Assembly (NCBI GenBank): GCA_020849155.1
Contig: JADLGU010000302.1
Location: 1 to 59,810, forward strand
From: Rhodocyclaceae bacterium
GTDB taxonomy: Bacteria; Pseudomonadota; Gammaproteobacteria; Burkholderiales; Rhodocyclaceae
DNA: 59,810 nucleotides
Direction of reading: 5' to 3'
A program made the position numbers and the translations under genes. A model generated the notes under the pieces. It was not told the origin of the DNA. It was given only the letters and a program-made list of their open reading frames with translations, and searched no databases. Of this stretch, positions 28,224 through 38,213 are shown in pieces. Position 1 is the stretch's first letter. The number at the start of each line of letters is the position of its first letter.

Positions 28224-30059
28224 ATGTCAGAAATAGATATGCTCGACCCCAACCCCTCAACTAGCGATGGCCTCCTGTACGAACTGGCGGGCATCTTGAC
28301 ACGAGACGAGCGTCGGAAGGCCTTGTTAATAGGTGGGCTAGTCCTGGTTGGCGCTCTGGCTGAAACTATCGGCGTTGGCGCTGTCTTCCCGCTTATGGCT
28401 TTGCTAATGGAGCCATCCCTGGCGGAAACCAACACCCGACTGGCTATGCTCTTTGGGCTAACCGGCGCCAATAGTGTCGAACGCTTCGTTCTCCTCGGTG
28501 CAGGGCTGTTGCTGGCGTTCTACAGCGCCAAAAACCTGTTCCTCGCCTGGCTGTACCGGCTCCAGGCATACTTTTCCACCAGCACTGAGGCACGCATCGG
28601 TGCCGATCTGCTCGCTGCTTTTCTTGCCCTGCCCTTTTCGGAACGGCTGGCCGAAAATTCGGCAGAGAGATTGCGCATTATCACTGTAGAAACCGGCCGT
28701 GCAACTGCAGGCTTTCTTGCGTCGTTGATGCAACTCGCAACGGAAGGTTGCGTCATACTTTGCCTAGTGTTGCTGCTGTTCATATTCAACCCGCTTGCCA
28801 CCGGAGTCGCTATTCTAATCGTAGCCAGCGCCGGCTATTTCTTCGAATCGTTCATGCGAAAGCGCATGACAGCACATCGCGAGGCACGCATACGTTCCGG
28901 CTCGGCCATGTACAAGTCGGCCAGCCAATCCTTAGGGGCATTCAAGGAAATTAAGGTGCTCGGCCGTGAAAATTATTTCGTCCGGGGTTTCATTCAATCG
29001 AGTCGGAGCTATGCCGACTCGACTGCCGCCTTTTCCTGGGCCGGCCTACTGCCACGATTGCTGGTCGAGACAATTGCCGTGTCCGCGCTGCTCAGCGCTG
29101 TAATTTTCGGCCTCGCAACCAATCAACCAATGCGAGACATTGTGCCAGCGCTCACGTTGTTCGGGCTGGCGCTGTTTCGCATCATGCCTTCTGCAACACG
29201 GGTGCTCTCGGCGCTAAATAGCCTGCGCTTCAATGCCCCCTCGATCCGCATCGTTGCAGTCCACCTTAGGAATAACAAGAAGAGGTTGTCTGACGCTACG
29301 TCCCCCACGCCCGCCGTATTCTTCGGCGATCATGAAAGGCGAATCCAGAAGATCGACTTGAACATGGTCTCGTATCGCTATGCCGGCTCCGAGGACTGGG
29401 CGCTGCGCGGCATTACACTGTCCATCCGCCATGGTGAGTTGGTCGGACTGGTGGGACGTTCAGGATCCGGCAAGACAACCCTTACGGATCTTCTCCTCGG
29501 CCTTCTGGTACCGCAGGAGGGCGCCATCACCGTTGAGGGCATGAATTCTGTCTCCGCCAGCACATGTTGGCGCGGCCTAGCCGGACTGGTTTCACAGCAG
29601 TTTTTCCTGCTAGACGACTCGGTGAGGCGAAATGTTGCCTTTGGTATCGAAAACTCTGCAATTGACGACGAGCGTGTGTGGCGTTCCCTTCGCGAAGCGC
29701 GGCTGGAAGACCGCATCCTCAGCTTGCCGGGCCGCCTAGATGCGCCCGTGGGCGAGCAGGGTGCGATGCTCTCGGGGGGCGAACGCCAGCGCTTGGCGAT
29801 TGCTCGGGCGCTCTACGACGACCCGGAAATCCTAGTCTTCGACGAAGCCACCTCGGCGCTCGACAGTGCCACCGAGGCCGAAGTGCTAGAAACCGTGCGG
29901 GGGTTGGCAGGCACCAAGACAATCCTTATTATCAGCCACCGGCCATCGTCGCTTGCTTTTTGCGATCGGGTAATTGTCATGCGTGATGGCGCCGTGGTCA
30001 GTTTTGGCAGTTATGCGGAACTCTTCGGAAAGGTACCGGAGTTGGGCGGGATCACTTAA
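28224..30059 (+). CDS. ABC transporter permease/ATPase, PglK/WlaB-like glycan flippase
   Basis: N-terminal TM domain with E.IGVGAVFP, KEIKVLGRE; Walker A GRSGSGKTT, LSGGERQR, VFDEATSALD. Confidence 0.85.
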   Translation: MSEIDMLDPNPSTSDGLLYELAGILTRDERRKALLIGGLVLVGALAETIGVGAVFPLMALLMEPSLAETNTRLAMLFGLTGANSVERFVLLGAGLLLAFYSAKNLFLAWLYRLQAYFSTSTEARIGADLLAAFLALPFSERLAENSAERLRIITVETGRATAGFLASLMQLATEGCVILCLVLLLFIFNPLATGVAILIVASAGYFFESFMRKRMTAHREARIRSGSAMYKSASQSLGAFKEIKVLGRENYFVRGFIQSSRSYADSTAAFSWAGLLPRLLVETIAVSALLSAVIFGLATNQPMRDIVPALTLFGLALFRIMPSATRVLSALNSLRFNAPSIRIVAVHLRNNKKRLSDATSPTPAVFFGDHERRIQKIDLNMVSYRYAGSEDWALRGITLSIRHGELVGLVGRSGSGKTTLTDLLLGLLVPQEGAITVEGMNSVSASTCWRGLAGLVSQQFFLLDDSVRRNVAFGIENSAIDDERVWRSLREARLEDRILSLPGRLDAPVGEQGAMLSGGERQRLAIARALYDDPEILVFDEATSALDSATEAEVLETVRGLAGTKTILIISHRPSSLAFCDRVIVMRDGAVVSFGSYAELFGKVPELGGIT

Positions 30060-30220
30060 AACAGCATTCCGTCCCTTTACCGCATACTGGTCCCGAATAA
30101 GGAAAGTAAGTACGCCAAGCGGTCCTTCCGCAAGGGAGCTTGCGGTCGCTAATGTGATGTAAAATTATGCGTTTTTTCTAGTTGCCATGAAAGACGTGAC
30201 TCGGCTTGAGGTTTCTCGAC

Positions 30221-31450
30221 ATGAATGCATCGATTTGCCGGGTTTCCGGACAACCCCTAGAAAAAGTGGTGGACTTTGGGCTGCAGCCACTGGGTAACGG
30301 CTTCCTCCTTCCAGAACAGTTTCCAGGGGAGTTTCGATATCCAATGGCGGTCGGCTTCTGCGAAACAAGCATGATGCTTCAACTGATCGAACAACCCTCG
30401 CCGGAACAGATGTTCCACGAGCAGTATGCCTTCTACTCAAGCACATCGCAGCATATGCAAAGGCATTTTAGTGAGTTTGCGAGGCAAGTCTTGGAAATGG
30501 GTGTTCTATCAAAAGAGAATCCGTTCGTCGTCGAACTGGGCTGCAACGATGGCATCATGCTGAGAAACTTCGCCAATGTCGGCATTCGGCATCTCGGCAT
30601 TGAACCATCTCGGAACGTCGCAGAAGTGGCAAACAGCTACGGCGTCCGCACCATTTCCGAGTTCTTCTGTCACCAACTTGCCATAGACATCGTTTCCAAG
30701 GAAGGCAAGGCTGACGCTTTCCTCGCTGCAAACGTCATGTGCCACATCCCATCTATCGTCGATGTGGCATCGGGTATCAGCAAGTTGCTCAAACCCACGG
30801 GCGTAGCCATATTCGAGGATCCCTACCTGGGTGACGTAGTCGAGAAAACGTCCTATGACCAGATTTACGATGAGCACGTTTTTCTTTTTTCAGCACATTC
30901 AATCCAGCATCTCTTTCGACAGCAGGGGATGGAACTCGTCGATGTGCAGGCTCAGAAGACCCATGGCGGGTCAATGCGGTATGTGATTGCGCATGCTGGC
31001 GCCTATCCGGTCAAGGATTCGGTAAACCGACTTCTTGAAAAGGAGAAGAGCATCGGACTGAATCGCGTGGCTACTTTCAGGAAATTTTCGCAGCAGGTCG
31101 AGCAATCGCGCACGGAGCTCATTCAGCTGCTGACTGGAATCAAAGCCGAAGGCAAGCGGATCGCCGGTTATGGTGCGACATCAAAGAGCACCACCATCCT
31201 CAATTACTGCGGCATCGGAACAGACCTCATCGACTACATCTCCGACACCACGCCGATCAAGCAAGGCAAGTTCAGTCCTGGTATGCATATTCCCATCAAG
31301 CCATACGATTTTTTCATGGCTTCGCCGCCAGACTACGCCATTCTTTTTGCCTGGAATCACGCCGAGGAAATCATGGCCAAGGAGAGGGCGTTCATCGAAA
31401 AAGGCGGTCGCTGGATCGTGCATGTGCCAGAGGTACGGGTGTTGGAATGA
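30221..31450 (+). CDS. NDP-hexose C3-methyltransferase
   Basis: DFGLQPLGNGF, ELGCNDG, ANVMCHIP, QIYDEH, HGGSMRY, YGATSKST, DTTPIKQGKFSPG, FAWNHAEEI. Confidence 0.9.
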   Translation: MNASICRVSGQPLEKVVDFGLQPLGNGFLLPEQFPGEFRYPMAVGFCETSMMLQLIEQPSPEQMFHEQYAFYSSTSQHMQRHFSEFARQVLEMGVLSKENPFVVELGCNDGIMLRNFANVGIRHLGIEPSRNVAEVANSYGVRTISEFFCHQLAIDIVSKEGKADAFLAANVMCHIPSIVDVASGISKLLKPTGVAIFEDPYLGDVVEKTSYDQIYDEHVFLFSAHSIQHLFRQQGMELVDVQAQKTHGGSMRYVIAHAGAYPVKDSVNRLLEKEKSIGLNRVATFRKFSQQVEQSRTELIQLLTGIKAEGKRIAGYGATSKSTTILNYCGIGTDLIDYISDTTPIKQGKFSPGMHIPIKPYDFFMASPPDYAILFAWNHAEEIMAKERAFIEKGGRWIVHVPEVRVLE

Positions 31451-32550
31451 TTTACTGCGCCAATCCGGCAGCACAGTTCCGCAGTTATCAAACGGAAATC
31501 GAGGCTGCGATCCGGCGGGTACTGTTGGGCAATCGCTATATTCTCGGCCCCGAGGTCGAGGCACTCGAGCAAGAGTTCGCATCCTATATCGGCACCGCCA
31601 GTGCGATCGGCGTCGCTAACGGCACGGACGCTATCGAGCTCTCTCTGAGGTCGCTCGGCTTGGGTCGTGGCGACGAGGTTATCACGGTTTCTCACACTGC
31701 AGTCGCCACCGTAGCAGCCATCGAAGCAGCCGGCGCAACGCCGGTGCTGGTCGACGTCGTCCCCGATTACTACACCCTTGATCCGGACCAACTGGAAGAG
31801 GTACTGACCAGCCGGACGCGCGCAGTGATTGCAGTACATCTTTACGGACAACCGGCCGATCTGGATGCCATCGGGGCATTCTGCAGCAAGCACCGGCTCG
31901 CTCTTGTCGAGGATGTGTCCCAAGCCCATGGTTCCTGCTGGCGGGGCAAGCGTCTGGGTAGCATCGGCCATATCGGTTGCTTCAGCTGTTACCCAACAAA
32001 AAATCTAGGCGCCGTCGGTGATGGCGGCCTGATTACCACCAACGACCCACAAATAGCGACAAGTGTGAAGATGCTAAGGGAGTACGGCTGGCGAGAGCGC
32101 TATATCAGCGAGATTCCAGGACGTAATTCCCGCCTCGACGAACTGCAGGCGGCCATCCTGCGGGTGAAACTGCGCCACCTTGATAGTGACAACGCAAAGC
32201 GCCGCAGCTTGGCCGCACACTACGACAAACTCCTCCGAACCCTCCCCTTGCAATTGCCAAAGACTAGAGAGGGTGCCGAGCATGTTTACCACCTCTACGT
32301 TGTGACTACCGAGCATCGCGCAGCACTCGTTGCAACGCTCAATCAGCACAACATCTTTCCAGGTATTCACTATCCGGTACCCGTGCACCTTCAGGCAGCT
32401 TACGCTCACCGTGTAAATACGGCATTGGAGATGGGGGTAACCGAAGCGCTGGCAAAGGAAGTATTGTCGCTGCCGCTTTATCCGGAGTTCCCGAACGAAG
32501 ACCTCATGCGAGTAGCAAAAGGCATTGAAGCCTGTTTCGGTCAATCTTAG
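31447..32550 (+). CDS. DegT-family sugar aminotransferase (FdtB/EryC1-like)
   Basis: VANGTDA, VHLYGQ, FSCYPTKNLGAVGDGG, NSRLDELQAAIL. Confidence 0.92.
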   Translation: MIYCANPAAQFRSYQTEIEAAIRRVLLGNRYILGPEVEALEQEFASYIGTASAIGVANGTDAIELSLRSLGLGRGDEVITVSHTAVATVAAIEAAGATPVLVDVVPDYYTLDPDQLEEVLTSRTRAVIAVHLYGQPADLDAIGAFCSKHRLALVEDVSQAHGSCWRGKRLGSIGHIGCFSCYPTKNLGAVGDGGLITTNDPQIATSVKMLREYGWRERYISEIPGRNSRLDELQAAILRVKLRHLDSDNAKRRSLAAHYDKLLRTLPLQLPKTREGAEHVYHLYVVTTEHRAALVATLNQHNIFPGIHYPVPVHLQAAYAHRVNTALEMGVTEALAKEVLSLPLYPEFPNEDLMRVAKGIEACFGQS

Positions 32551-32568
32551 GGGAGGGATTGCTGGGCA

Positions 32569-33114
32569 GTGAAAACAACAAGATGCCACCTTGATGGGAT
32601 CCTCATCATAGAACCGATGGTCCACAGTGACCATCGGGGGTTTTTTCTGGAATGCTTTGAAGCCACTCGCTATGGAGCAAATGGCGTTGCGGATCAATTC
32701 GTCCAGGACAACCACTCGCGCTCACACAGGAGTGTGCTAAGAGGCCTGCATTTCAGGCGCCGGCAACCCCAAGCCCAATTGCTGACGGTTATGCATGGGC
32801 GGATCTTCGATGTGGTCGTGGATATCAGGCCGAATTCCCTTACCTTCGGCCAGTGGTTGGGAACGGAACTCGGCGACAATGGTCCTCGCCAGATCTACAT
32901 GGCGGCAGGTTTTGCTCACGGATTCTGCGTCCTGTCAGAAGTTGCCGATTTGCACTACAAGGTATCCCGACCGTACGATCCTCATGATGAGACCGGACTT
33001 ATCTGGAATGACCCTGACCTTGCGATTACCTGGCCAGTATCCGACCCGATCGTTTCAGAGCGTGATGCCGCGCATCCCCCTCTAAAGGATTACGCCTTGG
33101 TTGATAAGAGTTAA
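32569..33114 (+). CDS. rfbC: dTDP-4-dehydrorhamnose 3,5-epimerase family
   Basis: DHRGFFLE, QDNHSRS, VLRGLHF, DVVVDIR, GFAHGFCVLS, WNDP. Confidence 0.9.
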   Translation: MKTTRCHLDGILIIEPMVHSDHRGFFLECFEATRYGANGVADQFVQDNHSRSHRSVLRGLHFRRRQPQAQLLTVMHGRIFDVVVDIRPNSLTFGQWLGTELGDNGPRQIYMAAGFAHGFCVLSEVADLHYKVSRPYDPHDETGLIWNDPDLAITWPVSDPIVSERDAAHPPLKDYALVDKS

Positions 33115-33130
33115 TGGCTATTCGCTGAGG

Positions 33131-34069
33131 ATGAATATGGAATCATCACAACTCTGGAAGCAACTTTCGCAGGAACTCTTTCATAATGTCGGTGACGATT
33201 TTCTGCGCAATTTCCGTGAACCTGGTAAGGCCAACAACCGGCTCGCCGCTTGGGATCCATTCGATGGCACGATGCGTTTCTTCAAGTTCCTGCTCTTTAA
33301 CCAGTGCAAAGCAAAACCTGACGCGTTCTTCGAGCACTACCGGAGGCTCGGCGATACGCAGATCGGCAACCCTGTCACCATTCGTGTTGTGCGACAGGGG
33401 ATGCCCGTCGATGTCAACCTCGACCATTTCTTCTCGATCGAAGAATTCAGTTTTCTGGCCGAAAATATCGACCTTGCAGAAATCGGACATGTCATCGAGA
33501 TCGGTGCCGGGTTTGGGCGTACTGCACATGCTTTACTCAAGCTATGCAGCACTGTGGAGACTTACACGATCATCGACCTGCCCAATGTCCTCAAGCTGAG
33601 TTCGCTCTATCTGGAGGCGGTGCTCGATGAGCAGGAGTTCGCCAAGCTCAAGTTCGTTGACGCCATGGGAATTGCCGACAGCAAGGCATTGAATTGCGGT
33701 GCGGCGGACCTGGTCATCAATATCGATAGCTTCCAGGAGATGAAGCCGGAAGTAATAGACTTCTATATGAACAACATCGCAAGCCATGCCCGTTTCTTCT
33801 ATTCCAAAAATGCCATCGGCAAGTATCGGCCGGAAACCATTGGCCTGCCAAGCAGCCTAGAAGCGGAAACAAACGAGATATTCCAGCTTGGCCGCTCGAG
33901 GGAAATCATCGATATCTTTTGCAACTCGGAGTTGGAAGTTGCACGCACGAGACACATGGATGCTTACCGGCCGTCGGCGTTTTTCCGTGTTATCGGCGAA
34001 GCCCCACTGGACGTGTTTCCCTATTACCACAATACCCTTTATGCACGGAACTACGGACAAGCCGCGTGA
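33131..34069 (+). CDS. Putative sugar O-methyltransferase
   Basis: IGNP, VIEIGAGFGRTA, YTIIDLP, DLVINIDSFQEM; alternative TTG start at 33101. Confidence 0.75.
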   Translation: MNMESSQLWKQLSQELFHNVGDDFLRNFREPGKANNRLAAWDPFDGTMRFFKFLLFNQCKAKPDAFFEHYRRLGDTQIGNPVTIRVVRQGMPVDVNLDHFFSIEEFSFLAENIDLAEIGHVIEIGAGFGRTAHALLKLCSTVETYTIIDLPNVLKLSSLYLEAVLDEQEFAKLKFVDAMGIADSKALNCGAADLVINIDSFQEMKPEVIDFYMNNIASHARFFYSKNAIGKYRPETIGLPSSLEAETNEIFQLGRSREIIDIFCNSELEVARTRHMDAYRPSAFFRVIGEAPLDVFPYYHNTLYARNYGQAA

Positions 34070-35016
34070 AATACATACTTATCACCGGTGCCACTGGAAT
34101 GATCGGCACTGCGCTGCTTCGACGTGTGAAGCAGGAACCCTGGGCTACATATGCACAGGGCCGAACCATCATCGATAAAGTGTCACCGGATATCAACTGG
34201 GTAAACTTCGATCTCTGCAACCCAGGGGACGCCCTCGCCAAACTGCCAGAATTCGATATGGTGTTTCACCTTGCCGGCCAAACTAGCACCTATGCGGCAA
34301 GAGACAATCCGAAGTTCGATCTTATGACTAATGCAGTTGGGTTTCTCAATCTTCTTATCCACCTGAAGCAGCAAACGCAACGTCCTTTTGTAGTCTTCGT
34401 TGGCACCGTAACCCAAGTCGGCATCACCGAAAAACTTCCTGTCAATGAGAATCACTGCGATCACCCGGTAACTTTTTACGATATCAGCAAACTCACCGCT
34501 GAGCTGTATCTCAAGCAGTTCGTCTCCGAAGGCTGGCTTGACGGTTGTTCGCTGAGGCTCGCAAACGTTTACGGCTACAGTCAAGAAGGCCAAAGCGTGG
34601 ACCGCGGCATACTTGACAAGGTATTCAGAGCGGCAATGAAGGGGGAGGACATCACGATCTTCGGTGATGGCAACTACCTGAGGGACTATGTGTTTATTGA
34701 AGACGTGGTCTCAGCCATCATGTTGGCCCCAACCGCGCGGGAGCGGGTTAATGGCAGGCATTTCTGCCTCGGCAGCGGCCGAGGCATTGCTTTGAAAGAC
34801 GCTTTCTGCAAGGTTGTTGATCTTGCGGCAGATGCATCCGGCACCCGAGCCAAGATCATCCACGTAGATCCACCGGTAAATCTTACTGCTATCGAGTTTC
34901 GTAATGCGATAATTGACGCCTCTGCTTATCGCGATGCTACAGGCTGGAGACCCATTTACGATCTCGATGCGGGACTGCGTGCAGCCTATCAATGCCACCT
35001 CACATCCCGGCACTGA
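34066..35016 (+). CDS. NAD-dependent epimerase/dehydratase/reductase
   Basis: GTG at 34066; ITGATGMIG, FHLAGQTS, YDISK, RLANVYG, RDYVFIEDVV. Confidence 0.88.
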   Translation: MKYILITGATGMIGTALLRRVKQEPWATYAQGRTIIDKVSPDINWVNFDLCNPGDALAKLPEFDMVFHLAGQTSTYAARDNPKFDLMTNAVGFLNLLIHLKQQTQRPFVVFVGTVTQVGITEKLPVNENHCDHPVTFYDISKLTAELYLKQFVSEGWLDGCSLRLANVYGYSQEGQSVDRGILDKVFRAAMKGEDITIFGDGNYLRDYVFIEDVVSAIMLAPTARERVNGRHFCLGSGRGIALKDAFCKVVDLAADASGTRAKIIHVDPPVNLTAIEFRNAIIDASAYRDATGWRPIYDLDAGLRAAYQCHLTSRH

Positions 35017-35023
35017 CTCGGCA

Positions 35024-35449
35024 ATGAGCCCAAGCATCTCTGGAACGATGAAACTAGCCTCCTTGGTTACCTTTCCCAAACATACTGACCCTAACGGCGT
35101 ACTTTGCGTGTACGAAAGTGGCAAGGCTGTCCCTTTCGATATCAAGCGCGTGTTCACGGTCACGGCAAGGGCAAACGATGTCCGCGGCGATCATGCGCAC
35201 AAGAAGTGCTCCCAATTGCTCGTCTGTTTGGCGGGCGCCATCCTAGTTAGCTGTGATAACGGCGTTGCCGTGACAGAGTTCACGCTGGATAACATTGGCA
35301 CTGGACTCCTGATACCTCCAGGGATCTGGGCAACCCAGCATTATGTTGAGGACAATTCAGTATTGATGGTCTTGTGCGATCGGGGGTACGAGAAGGACGA
35401 TTACATTCGTGCCCGCGAGGAATTCATCGCATCGGCGAATCGATTTTAA
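35024..35449 (+). CDS. FdtA/QdtA-family cupin (dTDP-4-keto-6-deoxyglucose 3,4-ketoisomerase-like)
   Basis: D.NG.L, VPFDIKRVF, RGDHAHK..SQLLVCL.G, GLLIPPGIW, Y.KDDYIR; start could be 35048. Confidence 0.88.
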   Translation: MSPSISGTMKLASLVTFPKHTDPNGVLCVYESGKAVPFDIKRVFTVTARANDVRGDHAHKKCSQLLVCLAGAILVSCDNGVAVTEFTLDNIGTGLLIPPGIWATQHYVEDNSVLMVLCDRGYEKDDYIRAREEFIASANRF

Positions 35450-35465
35450 CAAGGCAGGCACGCAA

Positions 35466-36224
35466 ATGACCCAGGGCAACAAGAAGGAAATAATATCCAG
35501 AGAACAGTTCTTCGAACTGAATCGTGACGCCGCACGCGCCATGGGTGCGGATGAAGGTCTGCAACGTGGCGCGCTCGATGTCCTCGTCCAGGCAGACAAA
35601 TATCGTTGGATCCACCAAACCACATGGTTCGGGGAACCGATCCTGAATCTCCCACAAGACGTCATGGCGATCCAGGACATTATCTGGCGGACCCGCCCAG
35701 AGTTTGTCATTGAGGTCGGGGTTGCATGGGGCGGTGGCATGCTATTCGAGGCAACGATGCTGGAGATGCTGGGCGGCAAGAAAGTTATCGGGGTCGATAT
35801 TTTCATTCCATCCGATTTGCGGACACGACTCAGCCAGCATTCTGTCCTGTCGCAACGCATGGAACTTATCGAGGGGAGCAGCACTTCCGAGGAAACGCTG
35901 AACCAGATCCGGGATATCCTGCAGGGTTCAACCAATGTTCTGGTCGTCCTCGATTCCAACCATACCCACGAGCACGTCCTCAACGAACTGCACGTCTATG
36001 CACCTCTTGTCGGCAAGGGGCACTACCTGATCTGCGGGGATACCATCATAGAAAAATTGCCGGGGCAGGCACATGGCGCAAGGCCATGGGGCCCCGGCAA
36101 CAGTCCGGCCACTGCGGCAAAGGCGTTTCTTGCTGAGAACAAACGCTTCATAGTGGATCTCGACATTGACAACCGTCTTCTTTATTCGTGCCACCCAGGC
36201 GGCTATTTATTGGCCATAGCATAG
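35466..36224 (+). CDS. CmcI/cephalosporin-hydroxylase-family (sugar O-methyltransferase-like) protein
   Basis: WFGEPILNLPQD, IIW..RP..VIEVGVAWGG, IEGSST, VVLDSNHTHEHVLNEL, PWGPGNSP. Confidence 0.88.
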   Translation: MTQGNKKEIISREQFFELNRDAARAMGADEGLQRGALDVLVQADKYRWIHQTTWFGEPILNLPQDVMAIQDIIWRTRPEFVIEVGVAWGGGMLFEATMLEMLGGKKVIGVDIFIPSDLRTRLSQHSVLSQRMELIEGSSTSEETLNQIRDILQGSTNVLVVLDSNHTHEHVLNELHVYAPLVGKGHYLICGDTIIEKLPGQAHGARPWGPGNSPATAAKAFLAENKRFIVDLDIDNRLLYSCHPGGYLLAIA

Positions 36225-36258
36225 CGCGCCCGAACCACTTGAGTTGGATTGAACATTC

Positions 36259-37200
36259 ATGAAGATAGTCGTCACCGGTGCACTGGGGCATATAGGATCC
36301 CGCCTTGTCCGCGAACTGCCTGCCGCCTTCCCAGGGGCTTCGATCGTTATGATCGACAACATGTCGACCCAGCGATACTGCTCGCTATTCGAACTTCCCG
36401 AATCCGGACGCTACACCTTCATTGAAGGAGACATGACAGCAATGGATTTGGTACCTGTGTTGGCAGGTGCGCATGTGGTGGTTCACTTGGCTGCCATTAC
36501 CGATGCAGCTGGCAGTTTCGACAAGGCTGAGCGGGTCGAAGCGAACAATTTCTCCGCCACACAGCTTATTGCCGAGGCCTGCGCCAAAGGCGGCACTCGC
36601 TTGATCACACTGTCGTCCACCAGCGTCTACGGAACGCAGAAAGAGCGGGTGGATGAAGACTGCTCAGTTGACGAACTGAAACCGCAGAGCCCTTACGCTA
36701 CGACCAAGCTCAAGGAGGAAGCATTGGTCCAAAGATTGGTCAATGAGAGGGGGCTCAAAGCCTCGGTCTTCCGCTTCGGCACGATATTTGGCGTCTCTCC
36801 TGGTATCCGATTCCACACTGCAGTCAACAAGTTCTGTTGGCAGGCCTCGCTTGGCCAGCCTATAACAGTCTGGCGTACCGCATATGAGCAGATGAGGCCC
36901 TATCTGGAATTGGGGGATGCCTGCCGTGCCATTGAGCATATCATCCGGAAAGACATCTTTGACGGCCTTGTTTACAATGTGCTGACCTTTAACGCCACAG
37001 TGAGGCAGATTGTCGAAACTATCCAGAAGTTTGTCCCTGACCTCTCAATCCAGTTTGTGGACAACCGGATCATGAACCAACTCAGTTACGAGGTCAGCAA
37101 CAGCCGGTTTGGGGCAACCGGCTTCTCGCCGAGCGGGAACCTCGAGCACGCGATTGAGAAGGAACTGAAGCTCTTCATGGCAATCGCCAAGAGTCGGTGA
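36259..37200 (+). CDS. NAD-dependent epimerase/SDR
   Basis: VTGALGHIGS, HLAAITDA, SSTSVYG, PQSPYATTK, RFGTIFG. Confidence 0.9.
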   Translation: MKIVVTGALGHIGSRLVRELPAAFPGASIVMIDNMSTQRYCSLFELPESGRYTFIEGDMTAMDLVPVLAGAHVVVHLAAITDAAGSFDKAERVEANNFSATQLIAEACAKGGTRLITLSSTSVYGTQKERVDEDCSVDELKPQSPYATTKLKEEALVQRLVNERGLKASVFRFGTIFGVSPGIRFHTAVNKFCWQASLGQPITVWRTAYEQMRPYLELGDACRAIEHIIRKDIFDGLVYNVLTFNATVRQIVETIQKFVPDLSIQFVDNRIMNQLSYEVSNSRFGATGFSPSGNLEHAIEKELKLFMAIAKSR

Positions 37201-37227
37201 TCTCGCTTCAGACAGAATGTCTACCAA

Positions 37228-38169
37228 ATGGCCAACGACCTGACCATTGTTCTACCGCTCTACGGCAGGGCGTATTACACACGGAACTGGCTGAAGAATA
37301 ATCTGACCGACCACTACGATTACATCGTCGCTGACGGAAGTCCAGATGACAGTAATGCGGATATTTTTGGGTCGCTGATCTCCTCCGGTTTGCAATACTG
37401 CCGCTATCCCGCAGATGCTTCCGTTGCCCAGTATGCCGAAAAGATTTGCGACGCAGCCGGGAAGATACGCACGAAGTACACCATGATGTGCGACAACGAC
37501 GACCTGCTGCTGACACTTGGCATCCGACAATGCATTGCGGCATTGGAACGTGAGCCCGGTGCGGCCTGCGCCGGTGGTCCGATAGCAGGCGCCTGCGGTT
37601 GGCGGGGGCAAACTGAACGATTTAGTTACCCCATGATCGTGCACGACCCTGCACAACTGCATGCGACTAGCGGTCTGGAGGCAGTCAGGCGCAACAAGAG
37701 CGACTACCGCTACTTCTGGTATTCCATCTTCCGCACCGAAAGCTACCAAAGAATCTGGAAGGAAATTCGTGACATCGGATTTACAAATTTCTATCTGGTT
37801 GAAATGTTTCACAGCGATCTTGCCGTCATATCCGGCTATCGCCATATCAGGCAACGTCACTATCTCCGTCTACTCAACCCGCTGTCGTCAACCTCGCTGG
37901 AAGTATCGGCCAAGGCGGGCAGGCATACAGAACATGTATTCTTCGACGAGCGCTACAGATCCGACCTGATGTCCATGTCGCGCCGCCTGGCCGAACTGCT
38001 TGATTGCCCCACGGACACAATTCTACAAATGCAGAAGGACTATTACCTGAATAGCTTCCGCTTCAAGCCAGGGACTGGTCTATTCGAGCGGGTTGTGGGT
38101 GGTTTGACGAGAAGGCTCCCTGTCTTCACGGCTGCGCAAGTACGCGCTATCGCAGCCTGGCAGGCATAG
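37228..38169 (+). CDS. GT2-like glycosyltransferase (TIGR00180-like)
   Basis: LTIVLP..GR, IVADGS, MMCDNDDL, YSIFRT. Confidence 0.75.
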   Translation: MANDLTIVLPLYGRAYYTRNWLKNNLTDHYDYIVADGSPDDSNADIFGSLISSGLQYCRYPADASVAQYAEKICDAAGKIRTKYTMMCDNDDLLLTLGIRQCIAALEREPGAACAGGPIAGACGWRGQTERFSYPMIVHDPAQLHATSGLEAVRRNKSDYRYFWYSIFRTESYQRIWKEIRDIGFTNFYLVEMFHSDLAVISGYRHIRQRHYLRLLNPLSSTSLEVSAKAGRHTEHVFFDERYRSDLMSMSRRLAELLDCPTDTILQMQKDYYLNSFRFKPGTGLFERVVGGLTRRLPVFTAAQVRAIAAWQA

Positions 38170-38213
38170 CCTCTTCTTTCGAGCAGGACCGTTACTCCAA
38201 TTAGTTCGTATTC

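Noticed and set aside
30060-30220. Possible sRNA or riboswitch in the AT-rich gap before the C-methyltransferase
   Set aside because: Only a TAAAAT -10-like hexamer and weak pairing; no recognisable RNA family or terminator
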